This document shows positions 17,280-25,657 of a stretch of DNA of 64,000 bases, piece after piece (position 1 is the first letter of the stretch; each line of letters starts with the position of its first letter). The DNA lies in NCBI RefSeq assembly GCF_029227855.1, contig NZ_CP074356.1. One strand, 5' to 3'. Both the position numbers and the translations under genes were made by a program. The notes under the pieces were generated by a model. The model was given only the letters and a program-made list of their open reading frames with translations, had not been told where the DNA came from and ran no database searches. This DNA is from Escherichia coli. GTDB taxonomy: Bacteria; Pseudomonadota; Gammaproteobacteria; Enterobacterales; Enterobacteriaceae.

Positions 17280-17366
17280 ATGTTGGTTCTTAAATGTTCG
17301 CTGACTATTGCGGTGGTGCGGGTAATTTATTGTTCTGTTATTCTTATGGATCGCCTTTCTGACTGA
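17280..17366 (+). CDS. 28-aa hydrophobic small ORF with a strong SD (speculative)
   Basis: GGGAGG lies 7 nt upstream of the ATG. The peptide is MLVLKCSLTIAVVRVIYCSVILMDRLSD. Not in the ORF track because it is below the length cutoff. Confidence 0.3.
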   Translation: MLVLKCSLTIAVVRVIYCSVILMDRLSD

Positions 17367-17577
17367 TTTCATATTGGCGAGATAACGGGAGTTAAGTAGA
17401 ATGCCTGCGGGTGCTTGAGGCTATCTGCCTCGGGCATGAACACCAACGGCAGATAGAGAAAAGCCCCAGTTAACATTACGCGTCCTGCAAGACGCTTAAC
17501 ATTAATCTGAGGCCAATTTCATGCTAGACACATGTAGGTTAGCCTCTTACGTGCCGAAAGGCAAGGAGAAGCAGGCT

Positions 17578-17733
17578 ATGAAGCAGCAAAAGGCGATGTT
17601 AATCGCCCTGATCGTCATCTGTTTAACCGTCATAGTGACGGCACTGGTAACGAGGAAAGACCTCTGCGAGGTACGAATCCGAACCGGCCAGACGGAGGTC
17701 GCTGTCTTCACAGCTTACGAACCTGAGGAGTAA
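17578..17733 (+). CDS. hokD: Hok/Gef family type I toxin
   Basis: 51 aa, MKQQKAMLIALIVICLTVIVTALVTRKDLCEVRIRTGQTEVAVFTAYEPEE. A structured leader (17400-17577) and 3-prime hairpins (GGCGAGGG..CCCTCGCC at about 17750-17771) are typical of hok mRNAs. Confidence 0.9.
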   Translation: MKQQKAMLIALIVICLTVIVTALVTRKDLCEVRIRTGQTEVAVFTAYEPEE

Positions 17734-17949
17734 GAGACCCGGCGAGGGAGAAATCCCTCGCCACCTCTGATGTGACAGGCATCCTCAACGCACCCGCACT
17801 TAACCCGCTTCGGCGTGTTTTTGTTTTTATTTTCAACGCGTTTGAAGTTCTGGACGGTGCCGGAATAGAATCAAAAATACTTAAGTAGCGCGCAGGGATA
17901 AGAGGGATGTTCCCTTAAAGGGGAGAGCTAATTATCCGGAAGGATTCTG

Positions 17950-18201
17950 ATGATGAACATCGAAGAACTGCGTAAAATTTTTTGTGAAGATGGCCTCTAT
18001 GCTGTGTGCGTTGAAAATGGAAATCTTGTTAGTCATTACCGCATTATGTGTTTGCGAAAGAATGGGGCTGCGTTAATTAATTTTGTGGATGGTCGAGTGA
18101 CAGACGGATTTATCTTGCGCGAAGGTGAGTTTGTCACTTCATTACAGGCACTGAAAGAGATCGGAATAAAAGCAGGCTTTTCAGCTTTTGCAGAAGAATA
18201 A
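17950..18201 (+). CDS. rem: Rem-like protein (unknown function)
   Basis: 83 aa, MMNIEELRKIFCEDGLYAVCVENGNLVSHYRIMCLRKNGAALINF.. Recalled Qin Rem. Position is hok-rem-ydfU. Confidence 0.75.
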   Translation: MMNIEELRKIFCEDGLYAVCVENGNLVSHYRIMCLRKNGAALINFVDGRVTDGFILREGEFVTSLQALKEIGIKAGFSAFAEE

Positions 18202-18267
18202 ACTCATCTACAATCTTGCGCGGGGCTGAACTCCCGCTGAGTAACACCGTGCCACCGGAGAAAACCG

Positions 18268-18546
18268 ATGGCACGCAACGTAAAATATTACAATTCTGAT
18301 AATTCGCCCGTTCTTGCCTGCACGCACGAGCGGTATTCTCACGCATTCAAGTCTGAATGGTTCCAGCACCCTCCATGCACTGAAGAGCAGGCTGAATGGA
18401 TAATTCAGTGTTACCGCAGGCGCGGATACGAGGTTAAGAAAGCCCTTAGTCTCGACTACCGTCACTGGATAATCTCAGTCAGATTGCCTTACTCCGAACG
18501 CCCACCGCGTCCGTCCCGTACATTCCAGCAACGCATCTGGAGGTAA
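18268..18546 (+). CDS. hypothetical 92-aa protein
   Basis: ORF with its stop 1 nt before the GTG start of ydfU (coupled). No family recognised. Confidence 0.5.
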   Translation: MARNVKYYNSDNSPVLACTHERYSHAFKSEWFQHPPCTEEQAEWIIQCYRRRGYEVKKALSLDYRHWIISVRLPYSERPPRPSRTFQQRIWR

Positions 18547-18547
18547 C

Positions 18548-19597
18548 GTGCGGGTATTACTTCGACCTGTTCTGGTACCGGAACTCGGGCTGGTGGTCGT
18601 TAAGCCGGGCCGTGAATCCATGCCGGTATTCCACAATACCCGGGTACTGGTGGAGCCGGAACCGAAAAGCATGCGTAATCTGCCGTCCGGGGTCGTTCCT
18701 GCCGTTCGCCAGCCGCTGGTGGAAGACAAAACATTGCTGCCGTTTTTCAGTAACGCACGGGTGATTCGTGCTGCTGGTGGTGCTGGTGCATTGTCTGACT
18801 GGCTGTTGCGCCATATTAAATCCTGCCAGTGGCCACACGGCGATTATCATCACAGCGAAACCGTCATTCACCGTTATGGTACCGGCGCAATGGTGTTGTG
18901 CTGGCACTGCGACAACCAGCTGCGTGACCAGACATCCGAATCACTCGAGCAAGTTGCTCATCAAAACCTGTCAGCATGGATGATTGACGTCATCGGTCAC
19001 GCAATAAGCGGTACGCAGGAGCGTGAATTATCTCTGGCTGAATTATCCTGGTGGGCGGTCCGCAATCAGGTGGCGGACGCGCTACCGGAAGCGGTATTAC
19101 GTCGTTCGCTGGGGTTGCGTGCGGAAAAAATCCGCTCAATGTACCGCGAAAGCGACATCGTACCGGGAGAGCAGACCGCCACCAGCATATTGAAACAGCG
19201 CACAAAAAATCTTGCACCGTTGCCTCACGCCCACCAGCAACAAAACCCATCACAGGAAAAGACGGTGGTAAGCATCACCGTTGATCCAGAGTCTCCGGAA
19301 TCTTTCATGAAGCTGCCTAAACGTCACCGTTGGGTTAAGGAGAAATACACACGCTGGGTTAAGACACAGCCGTGTGCTTGCTGCGGGATGCCAGCCGACG
19401 ATCCGCATCATCTGATTGGTCACGGGCAGGGCGGAATGGGAACCAAAGCACATGATCTCTTTGTGTTGCCTTTGTGCAGAAAGCATCACGACGAGTTGCA
19501 TACGGATACCGTGGCATTTGAAGAGAAGTATGGCTCCCAACTGGAGCTGATTTTTCGATTTATCGATCGCGCGCTGGCAATTGGTGTGCTGGCCTAA
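18548..19597 (+). CDS. ydfU: DUF968 protein YdfU (two Cys/His HNH-like modules)
   Basis: 349 aa, the same length and position as recalled YdfU. The modules are [12 protein letters not shown]...CWHCDNQL and [14 protein letters not shown]...[10 protein letters not shown]. Confidence 0.8.
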   Translation: MRVLLRPVLVPELGLVVVKPGRESMPVFHNTRVLVEPEPKSMRNLPSGVVPAVRQPLVEDKTLLPFFSNARVIRAAGGAGALSDWLLRHIKSCQWPHGDYHHSETVIHRYGTGAMVLCWHCDNQLRDQTSESLEQVAHQNLSAWMIDVIGHAISGTQERELSLAELSWWAVRNQVADALPEAVLRRSLGLRAEKIRSMYRESDIVPGEQTATSILKQRTKNLAPLPHAHQQQNPSQEKTVVSITVDPESPESFMKLPKRHRWVKEKYTRWVKTQPCACCGMPADDPHHLIGHGQGGMGTKAHDLFVLPLCRKHHDELHTDTVAFEEKYGSQLELIFRFIDRALAIGVLA

Positions 19598-19614
19598 TTT
19601 TGTGGAGTAAGTTG

Positions 19615-19992
19615 ATGCGTGATATTCAGATGGTTCTTGAGCGTTGGGGGGCATGGGCGGCTAATAATCATGAAGATGTGACCTGGTCGTCCATTGCCGC
19701 TGGTTTTAAGGGATTAATTCCTTCAAAAGTAAGATCTCGTCCGCAATGCTGTGACGATGACGCGATGATCATTTGTGAATGTATGGCTCGCCTGAGAAAA
19801 AACAACAGCGATTTACATGGTTTATTGGTGGACTATTATGTCGGCGGCATGACTTTTATGGCGCTTGCACGTAAGCATGGGCGATCTGATTGTTGGGTTG
19901 GCAGGATGCTCCAGAAAGCTGAGGGCGTAGTGGAGGGCATGCTGATGGTATTGGATCTCCGATTGGAGATGGATGCTGATTGTTCGAAATAA
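19615..19992 (+). CDS. quuD: late antiterminator Q (QuuD / PF06530 type)
   Basis: [34 protein letters not shown]...[10 protein letters not shown]... matches recalled QuuD. Confidence 0.85.
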   Translation: MRDIQMVLERWGAWAANNHEDVTWSSIAAGFKGLIPSKVRSRPQCCDDDAMIICECMARLRKNNSDLHGLLVDYYVGGMTFMALARKHGRSDCWVGRMLQKAEGVVEGMLMVLDLRLEMDADCSK

Positions 19993-20004
19993 TTAAAGGA
20001 AAAG

Positions 20005-20033
20005 TTGCTGTCTGATTGTCATTAGTCTAACAT
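20005..20033 (+). promoter_or_regulatory. candidate late promoter pR-prime
   Basis: TTGCTG (20005-20010), a 17-nt spacer, then TAACAT (20028-20033). It lies between the Q stop and the downstream terminator, as in lambdoid phages. Confidence 0.35.
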
Positions 20034-20090
20034 TTTAAATGTTGGAATCGCAACGTAGTTATTATCATATAACAGCTTGTTTCCTGATTT

Positions 20091-20119
20091 AGCCAGCCTC
20101 CCCAAAGGCTGGTTTTTTT
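20091..20119 (+). terminator. rho-independent terminator (tR-prime position; also 3-prime of the convergent blc)
   Basis: AGCCAGCCT-loop-AGGCTGG is followed by TTTTTTT. Confidence 0.75.
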
Positions 20120-20147
20120 CTAATAAGTATCATTTCGGGTAGGGATT

Positions 20148-20678
20148 TTATTGTTTAACCCATAATAATTCATTGACATTGAATCCCAACTTTTGAGCGG
20201 TTCGCACATAGTCTGCTTTTACTTTATCTGGAATAGTTGGGGTCCTTGCCAGAATCCATAGGTATTCTCTGTTCGAACCACTAACAAGAGCATACTTATA
20301 CTCATCATCCAGTTTGATTACATTATAGCCACCATAGAAGGGGCCAAAAAACGAAACCTTCAACGCTGCAGTTTTAGTATCTCCAGTAAAGTATGCTTTA
20401 CCTTCGCTCTCGCTCCATTTATTTTTCGTTGGATCGTATCCACGGTTAAGTACACGAATCCCTCCGTCGTTCCGTTTTCCATAAGTAGCGCTGACCTGTT
20501 CCAGACCACGTTCGAACCGGTTCTCGAGGCGAGCTATTTCATACCATTTTCCGAGGTAGCGGTTGGCGTCAAAATTTGTAATCGGCTGCACACCTTTAGG
20601 TGGTGTCGGGGCCTTACATGCTATAAGAGTGAAAGAGAGTGCAATGCCAGTCAACACAGGCCATAACTTCATAATCAA
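20148..20678 (-). CDS. blc: bacterial lipocalin (Blc-like outer-membrane lipoprotein), phage moron
   Basis: Lipobox LIAC. The lipocalin motifs are NFDANRYLGKWYEIARLENRFERG and the C-terminal YLWILARTP. Confidence 0.85.
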   Translation of the reverse strand: MIMKLWPVLTGIALSFTLIACKAPTPPKGVQPITNFDANRYLGKWYEIARLENRFERGLEQVSATYGKRNDGGIRVLNRGYDPTKNKWSESEGKAYFTGDTKTAALKVSFFGPFYGGYNVIKLDDEYKYALVSGSNREYLWILARTPTIPDKVKADYVRTAQKLGFNVNELLWVKQ

Positions 20679-20864
20679 TCCTGTACTTTTGATAGTTGAG
20701 AGTAAGTATGAAAGATAGATGATTACGACCGATCACTTAAAGAACTTTCATACTATATTAGGAATAGTCCATAACAGAAAAATTGTCAGTGATGACGTCA
20801 GAAAGGCAATTTATTCCGTGCACTACACAGTTTATGTGTTAATGAATTAGTCAAGGGGGAGGAT

Positions 20865-21824
20865 ATGATAAAAAAACCTGTGATTGGAATCAGCGGTTGT
20901 TTGGCCGGTTCTGCTGTTCGTTTTGATGGTGGTCACAAAAGAGCTGACTTTTTAATGGACAAATTAGTGGAATGGGTAACATTCAGACCAGTATGTCCGG
21001 AAATGGCTATAGGGCTGCCAGTTCCGCGTCCTGCTCTACGTCTTGTGCGCTCGAAGCAAGGAAATATACGGATGTGTTTCAGCCACGACCAGAATGAGGA
21101 TGTGACAGAGAGAATGACAGAGTTTAGTCGTTCTTATATGCACAAATTAAAGGATGTATCGGGGTTTGTGGTTTGTGCTAAATCTCCCAGCTGTGGCATG
21201 GAGCGCGTGCGTGTCTATGATGAAAATGGTAATCGAGGTCGTAAAGATGGAGTGGGACTATTTACGAGCACTTTGATGGAAAAGTTTTCCTGGCTACCGG
21301 TTGAAGAGGATGGGCGATTACATGATCCAGTGCTTCGTGAGAATTTTGTTGAAAGAGTTTTTGCTTTGCATGAGCTCAATCACCTTTACAAGGAGAAATT
21401 ATCAAGAAGAGAGTTATTAGCTTTTCATAGTCGTTATAAGCTTCAGTTGTTGGCGCATAGTCAGGCAGGCTATAAAGATATGGGACCATTTGTGGCTGCA
21501 ATACACGAGTGGGCGGACCTTGAATCATACTTTGAGGTGTATCGTGATAAGCTGATGGCGATTCTCAGAAAACCTGCATCACGTAAAAATCACACGAATG
21601 TGCTGATGCATATACAGGGGTATTTTAGTAATTACTTAAGTACACGCCAGCGTAAAGAGTTGACCGAGGTTATACTTAACTATCGCTTTGGCACATTGCC
21701 TCTTCTTGCGCCGTTGACTCTGCTGAAGCATTATCTGGGTGAGTATCCTAATGATTACTTGCTTACACAGAATTACTTCGATCCCTATCCGGAAGAACTG
21801 GCTCTAAGACTGATGGTGAATTAA
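20865..21824 (+). CDS. DUF523 (TudS-like Fe-S desulfidase fold) fused to DUF1722 (YbgA-like)
   Basis: The N-terminus IGISGCLAGSAVRFDGGHK plus CPE and SPSCG cysteines resemble DUF523. The C-terminal half ..FHSRYKLQLLAHSQAGYKDMG..HTNVLMHIQGYF.. resembles YbgA/DUF1722. Confidence 0.65.
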   Translation: MIKKPVIGISGCLAGSAVRFDGGHKRADFLMDKLVEWVTFRPVCPEMAIGLPVPRPALRLVRSKQGNIRMCFSHDQNEDVTERMTEFSRSYMHKLKDVSGFVVCAKSPSCGMERVRVYDENGNRGRKDGVGLFTSTLMEKFSWLPVEEDGRLHDPVLRENFVERVFALHELNHLYKEKLSRRELLAFHSRYKLQLLAHSQAGYKDMGPFVAAIHEWADLESYFEVYRDKLMAILRKPASRKNHTNVLMHIQGYFSNYLSTRQRKELTEVILNYRFGTLPLLAPLTLLKHYLGEYPNDYLLTQNYFDPYPEELALRLMVN

Positions 21825-22221
21825 CTGTATGCGATATCATCTGAAAGTGATGAGTTCCTGTATGCAGGATATTTACAATCGTAAAAACTACACTATGATA
21901 CCCATAGTGTCAGTTTGTATAAAAATCCTGTTCACGCTGAAGAAAACATTGAGATGCAATTTAATGTTGGTAAACATACCAGCCCCAAAAGATTTTATTC
22001 AATCTGTTTTTATATGAAGATATTTCAAGTGAATATTAAGAGTATATAATATTATTATTGCACGCAGCTATTATAATATAACAGATTAGTTTAATGATTT
22101 GTTTTTTGTGAGTTAAACACATGGTTTTATAGTTGTGATGCAATGAGATTTTCCTTATTGTTGAACTGGCGAATATTGATTTTCCACCTATACTTACCTG
22201 GTGTAACCCCAGTGATATCAG

Positions 22222-22944
22222 GTGGATAATATGCCATACATATGTTCTGTCATTTTGGTGTTGAACTCGTTTGGTGTCCGAATTGGTAAAGAAGATATTT
22301 TGTTTAAAAAAGGAAGTGCTGTCCTCATCGAATACAATTTAAAAGATCTTTTTTCGTCAAATACAGATCATCTAATGATCGTAGATGTTGAGGAGAAAAC
22401 AGTTAATGATTTCTTTAAAAACTACACACTCTCACCTTTTTCTGTAAGAAGGTTTTATCCGGCATACTTGATAGTAGAATGTGAAGGTTTTTCTTTGTTA
22501 AAGAACTTGGTTGCATGCTTGAATTGTGATAGCAAAACCGTGGATGTGGTTAGAAATCAAATATCACTTGCATGTCTTGCTGTCTTATCTTCAGAGAAAA
22601 TAGTGCAAAGTTTTTTGTTCGGAAGTCTTAATAGCTTAGGTTGTAAAGTTAAGGCTATTATTCACTCGGATATCTCAGCGTCATGGAGACTTTGTGATAT
22701 ATCTTCAAGATTATATATGAGCGAGAGTTTGTTAAAAAGAAAATTAAAAGACGAAGGGGTATCGTTTAGTAGATTAATTCTTGAAGAACGAATGATGATG
22801 GCGCAAAGATTATTAATTTACAGTAACCATACTGTCGGCAAGGTGGCGGGAATATGCGGGTATGACAATGCATCATATTTTGTAAGTGTTTTTAGAAGAT
22901 ATTTTGGTGTGCCTCCGCACCAATATTTATCAAGATTTTCTTAG
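22222..22944 (+). CDS. AraC/XylS family transcriptional regulator (GadX/AppY/PatE-like prophage regulator)
   Basis: The C-terminal double HTH is ..LCDISSRLYMSESLLKRKLKDEGVSFSRLILEERMMMAQRLL..GYDNASYFVSVFRRYFGVPPHQY. The start is GTG 22222 or ATG 22231. Confidence 0.8.
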   Translation: MDNMPYICSVILVLNSFGVRIGKEDILFKKGSAVLIEYNLKDLFSSNTDHLMIVDVEEKTVNDFFKNYTLSPFSVRRFYPAYLIVECEGFSLLKNLVACLNCDSKTVDVVRNQISLACLAVLSSEKIVQSFLFGSLNSLGCKVKAIIHSDISASWRLCDISSRLYMSESLLKRKLKDEGVSFSRLILEERMMMAQRLLIYSNHTVGKVAGICGYDNASYFVSVFRRYFGVPPHQYLSRFS

Positions 22945-23013
22945 AAGATATGATGTGATGGCATTTTATAAAGTTGTTTTTTTGAAGTGTAAGATTATAC
23001 GATATTTTTAGCT

Positions 23014-23046
23014 ACGCCAGAATAATTGCTGGCGTTTTTCTTTTTG
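23014..23046 (+). terminator. rho-independent terminator between the AraC gene and the holin
   Basis: ACGCCAG-aataattg-CTGGCGT is followed by TTTTCTTTTT. Confidence 0.7.
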
Positions 23047-23135
23047 AATAGATGTTCGGGCCTTACGCTAATGTAATTTTTTTCCTTCTTCGAACCAAAC
23101 CGTGTACACCATCCGTTATCTGCGGAGGTGAGGCT

Positions 23136-23351
23136 ATGAAATCCATGGATAAGTTAACAACGGGCATCGCCTACGGCACCTCTGCAGGCAGTGCTGGCTA
23201 CTGGTTTTTACAGTTGCTCGATAAAGTCACGCCCTCACAGTGGGCGGCAATAGGTGTATTGGGTAGTCTGGTATTTGGCATGCTGACGTATCTGACTAAC
23301 CTTTATTTCAAGATTAAAGAAGACAGGCGTAAGGCTGAGAGAGGAGAGTAA
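23136..23351 (+). CDS. essQ: class II holin, S21 (pinholin) type with a dual-start motif
   Basis: 71 aa, [71 protein letters not shown]. The Met1-Lys-Ser-Met4 dual start matches phage 21 S. SD GGAGGTGAGG. Confidence 0.9.
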   Translation: MKSMDKLTTGIAYGTSAGSAGYWFLQLLDKVTPSQWAAIGVLGSLVFGMLTYLTNLYFKIKEDRRKAERGE

Positions 23352-23355
23352 TCCA

Positions 23356-23700
23356 ATGACTCAAGTATACGAACTGGTTGTGAAAGGAGTCCGTAATTTT
23401 GAGAATAAAGTTGCGGTAACTTTAGCCTTACAGGACAAAGAACGCTTTGACGGTGAGATTTTTGACCTTGATATCACTATGGATCGTGTTGAAGGTGCTG
23501 CACTGGAGTTTTATGAGGCAGCAGCCAGAAGGAGAATCAGACAGGTGTTCTTGGATGTTGCTGCCGGGTTATGTGAAGGGGATGAGCAGTCGCCGGAAAA
23601 GCGCCCCATAATTTTAGAGGCGCAGAATGTGTGGATAACCTACAAAGGAAAGCTACCAGGAAGAATTACTGGTTATCTGAAGACTCCGCCGGAATGTTAA
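23356..23700 (+). CDS. ydfR: DUF1327 protein YdfR-like
   Basis: MTQVYELVVKGVRNFENKVAVTLALQDKERFDGEIFDLD.. Recalled YdfR, which sits between the holin and endolysin in Qin. Confidence 0.7.
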   Translation: MTQVYELVVKGVRNFENKVAVTLALQDKERFDGEIFDLDITMDRVEGAALEFYEAAARRRIRQVFLDVAAGLCEGDEQSPEKRPIILEAQNVWITYKGKLPGRITGYLKTPPEC

Positions 23701-23938
23701 TTTTAACAGCATATTTCTCTTCCAGTAATGCCACCAGCCACTTGAAGGAATTTTGTTGTTCCTGGGACCATTTGGGGCTGTGTGATTCAAGCTGGAGCGA
23801 TGCCAGTGTTGGTTGCATTTGTTCCCTGGGAATTGACAATGCCAGATATGAAAATGCGACAGTAAGGGCATTAACATCATCCCGAAGCCTGGAAATGCAG
23901 TCGAGCAACTCCTGAAGAGAAATGGTGTTATTGTCCAT
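23666..23938 (-). CDS. hypothetical 90-aa helical protein, opposite strand inside the lysis cassette
   Basis: Good SD (AAGAGGA, 6-nt spacer). Convergent with ydfR and overlaps it by 35 nt. No family recognised. Confidence 0.45.
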   Translation of the reverse strand: MDNNTISLQELLDCISRLRDDVNALTVAFSYLALSIPREQMQPTLASLQLESHSPKWSQEQQNSFKWLVALLEEKYAVKINIPAESSDNQ

Positions 23939-24043
23939 AAATAATCCTCTTGATTGTATTTACCTGTTCTCCGCCTGATTCAACAGGTTGGGACAGATAA
24001 ACATATCCTGGGTTCAGAAATCGATAAATCCTGATAAATATCC

Positions 24044-24577
24044 ATGAACGTAAAAGTCAAATACGGCCTGTCGGCTGCCGTTCTGGCGCTGATTGGTGCT
24101 GGTGCATCTGCTCCCCAGATACTTGACCAGTTTCTGGACGAAAAAGAAGGTAACCACACAATGGCATACCGTGATGGTTCCGGCATATGGACCATCTGTC
24201 GGGGTGCCACAGTGGTGGATGGAAAACCCGTTTTTCCCAATATGAAACTGTCGAAGGAAAAATGCGACCAGGTTAACGCTATTGAGCGTGATAAGGCTCT
24301 GGCATGGGTGGAGCGCAATATTAAAGTACCACTGACCGAACCACAAAAAGCGGGTATCGCGTCATTTTGTCCCTATAACATTGGCCCCGGTAAGTGTTTT
24401 CCGTCGACGTTTTATAAACGGCTGAATGCTGGTGATCGTAAAGGTGCATGCGAGGCGATTCGCTGGTGGATTAAGGACAGGGGGCGTGATTGCCGCATTC
24501 GTTCAAATAACTGTTACGGTCAGGTTATTCGTCGTGATCAGGAGAGCGCGTTAGTGTGCTGGGGGATCGACAGATAA
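24044..24577 (+). CDS. rrrQ: SAR endolysin (lysozyme, RrrQ/YdfQ-like)
   Basis: 177 aa. The N-terminal signal-anchor-release segment is YGLSAAVLALIGAGASAP, followed by EGNHTMAYRDGSGIWTICRG. Recalled RrrQ. Confidence 0.9.
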   Translation: MNVKVKYGLSAAVLALIGAGASAPQILDQFLDEKEGNHTMAYRDGSGIWTICRGATVVDGKPVFPNMKLSKEKCDQVNAIERDKALAWVERNIKVPLTEPQKAGIASFCPYNIGPGKCFPSTFYKRLNAGDRKGACEAIRWWIKDRGRDCRIRSNNCYGQVIRRDQESALVCWGIDR

Positions 24578-24668
24578 GCAGAATATTTCTCTGAAAAATG
24601 ACGTTGGCCAACGCGAGTGGATAACACGATATTCGTCATAAATGAATTGAAGTAGTGAATAAGAGCAG

Positions 24669-24700
24669 AACCCCCGATTGCGCGAACAGTCGGGTTTTTT
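24669..24700 (+). terminator. terminator-like hairpin plus T-tract between the endolysin and spanin genes
   Basis: AACCCCCGA-12 nt loop-TCGGG is followed by TTTTTT. Confidence 0.5.
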
Positions 24701-24736
24701 GTGTTTCCTGACTCCGGAAAAGCCAAAGGAGAAAGT

Positions 24737-24874
24737 GTGTTTGATTTTAGCAAACTGATTCGGGAGATTCGAACTATGGTTGAAAAATTATCCACCTGGA
24801 AATTCATTCTTTTCTGGCTGGTGTTTGCGATTATGGCCTCCGGTTATTTCATTGCTCAGATACGCTGGTGGTGA
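24737..24874 (+). CDS. 45-aa (GTG) or 32-aa (ATG 24776) single-TM small ORF abutting Rz (speculative)
   Basis: SD AAAGGAG at 24726-24732. The peptide is ..[32 protein letters not shown], and its stop lies 1 nt before the Rz ATG. Confidence 0.35.
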   Translation: MFDFSKLIREIRTMVEKLSTWKFILFWLVFAIMASGYFIAQIRWW

Positions 24875-24875
24875 A

Positions 24876-25340
24876 ATGAAACCGGTTCTGTATGCGGTGA
24901 TTGTTATTCTACTGGTGGTCAGTGGTGCGCTGTTGCTGGCAATAGCCCATTACCGCGATAATGCCATCATCTACAAAGAGCAGAGAGATGATGCGAAGAC
25001 AAAACTCAGCCAGGCGAACGCAGCCATTACTGACATGCAGCAGCGCCAGCGTGATGTTACTGCACTCGATGCAAAATACCTGAAGGAATTAGCTGATGCG
25101 AAAGCTGAAAATGATGCTCTTCGTGATGATATTGCCGCTGGTCGTCGTCGGTTGCACATCAGAGCAGTCTGTCAGAGCGTGCGTGAAGCCACCGCCGCCT
25201 CCGGCGTGGGTAATGCAGCCGCCCCCCGACTGGCAGACACCGCTGAACGGGATTATTTCACCCTCAGAGAGCGACTGATAATAATGCAAAAACAACTTGA
25301 AGGGGCACAGCTATACATTCGAGAGCAATGCCTCAGATAA
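24876..25340 (+). CDS. rzpQ: i-spanin Rz
   Basis: [26 protein letters not shown] has an N-terminal TM segment followed by coiled-coil periplasmic domains. Position is after the endolysin. Confidence 0.85.
   Translation: MKPVLYAVIVILLVVSGALLLAIAHYRDNAIIYKEQRDDAKTKLSQANAAITDMQQRQRDVTALDAKYLKELADAKAENDALRDDIAAGRRRLHIRAVCQSVREATAASGVGNAAAPRLADTAERDYFTLRERLIIMQKQLEGAQLYIREQCLR
25096..25278 (+). CDS. rzoQ: o-spanin Rz1, embedded in Rz in the +1 frame
   Basis: [20 protein letters not shown] has a lipobox, and the mature part is proline-rich ([18 protein letters not shown]). Confidence 0.85.
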   Translation: MRKLKMMLFVMILPLVVVGCTSEQSVRACVKPPPPPAWVMQPPPDWQTPLNGIISPSESD

Positions 25341-25657
25341 AAACCGGCCAAGGATAATCCGCTGAAGATTCGCCGGGGCTAGAGAGAGCCAAAGCTTTAA
25401 TTGACACCATTACTCATAGCAAGGCAATGCATCGTTTTTATGAGGTCAATAGATGCCTGATTTATTTCTGTGCTCCGTATCGTCGCTGTATTCCTTCGTT
25501 AACCATGAGTGTAGTCCGACGGGGAGCACGAGTGTATGGGAATAATAAAAAAAGATACACACCTGGGTTTACCGCTTTTATGCTTCGCGGGTTTGCTCTT
25601 CATGCAGCTAGTCCGGTACAGAGGTGTATGAAACCGGACTGCTGATTTAATTAATTC

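Noticed and set aside
17187-17372. 61-aa basic ORF on the minus strand between the island and hok
   Set aside because: It has no SD, its composition is dominated by K/N/H from AT-rich DNA, and it overlaps the better-initiated 28-aa plus-strand ORF.
17521-17733. 70-aa N-terminally extended Hok ORF (a possible mok)
   Set aside because: The extension is in-frame with hok, whereas mok frames overlap hok out of frame. The 51-aa Hok with its own start at 17578 fits the family length.
25427-25645. 72-aa plus-strand ORF after Rz
   Set aside because: It has no SD, odd composition and sits in intergenic sequence. The hairpin AGTCCGGT..ACCGGACT at its 3-prime end more likely serves the convergent ydfO-like gene.
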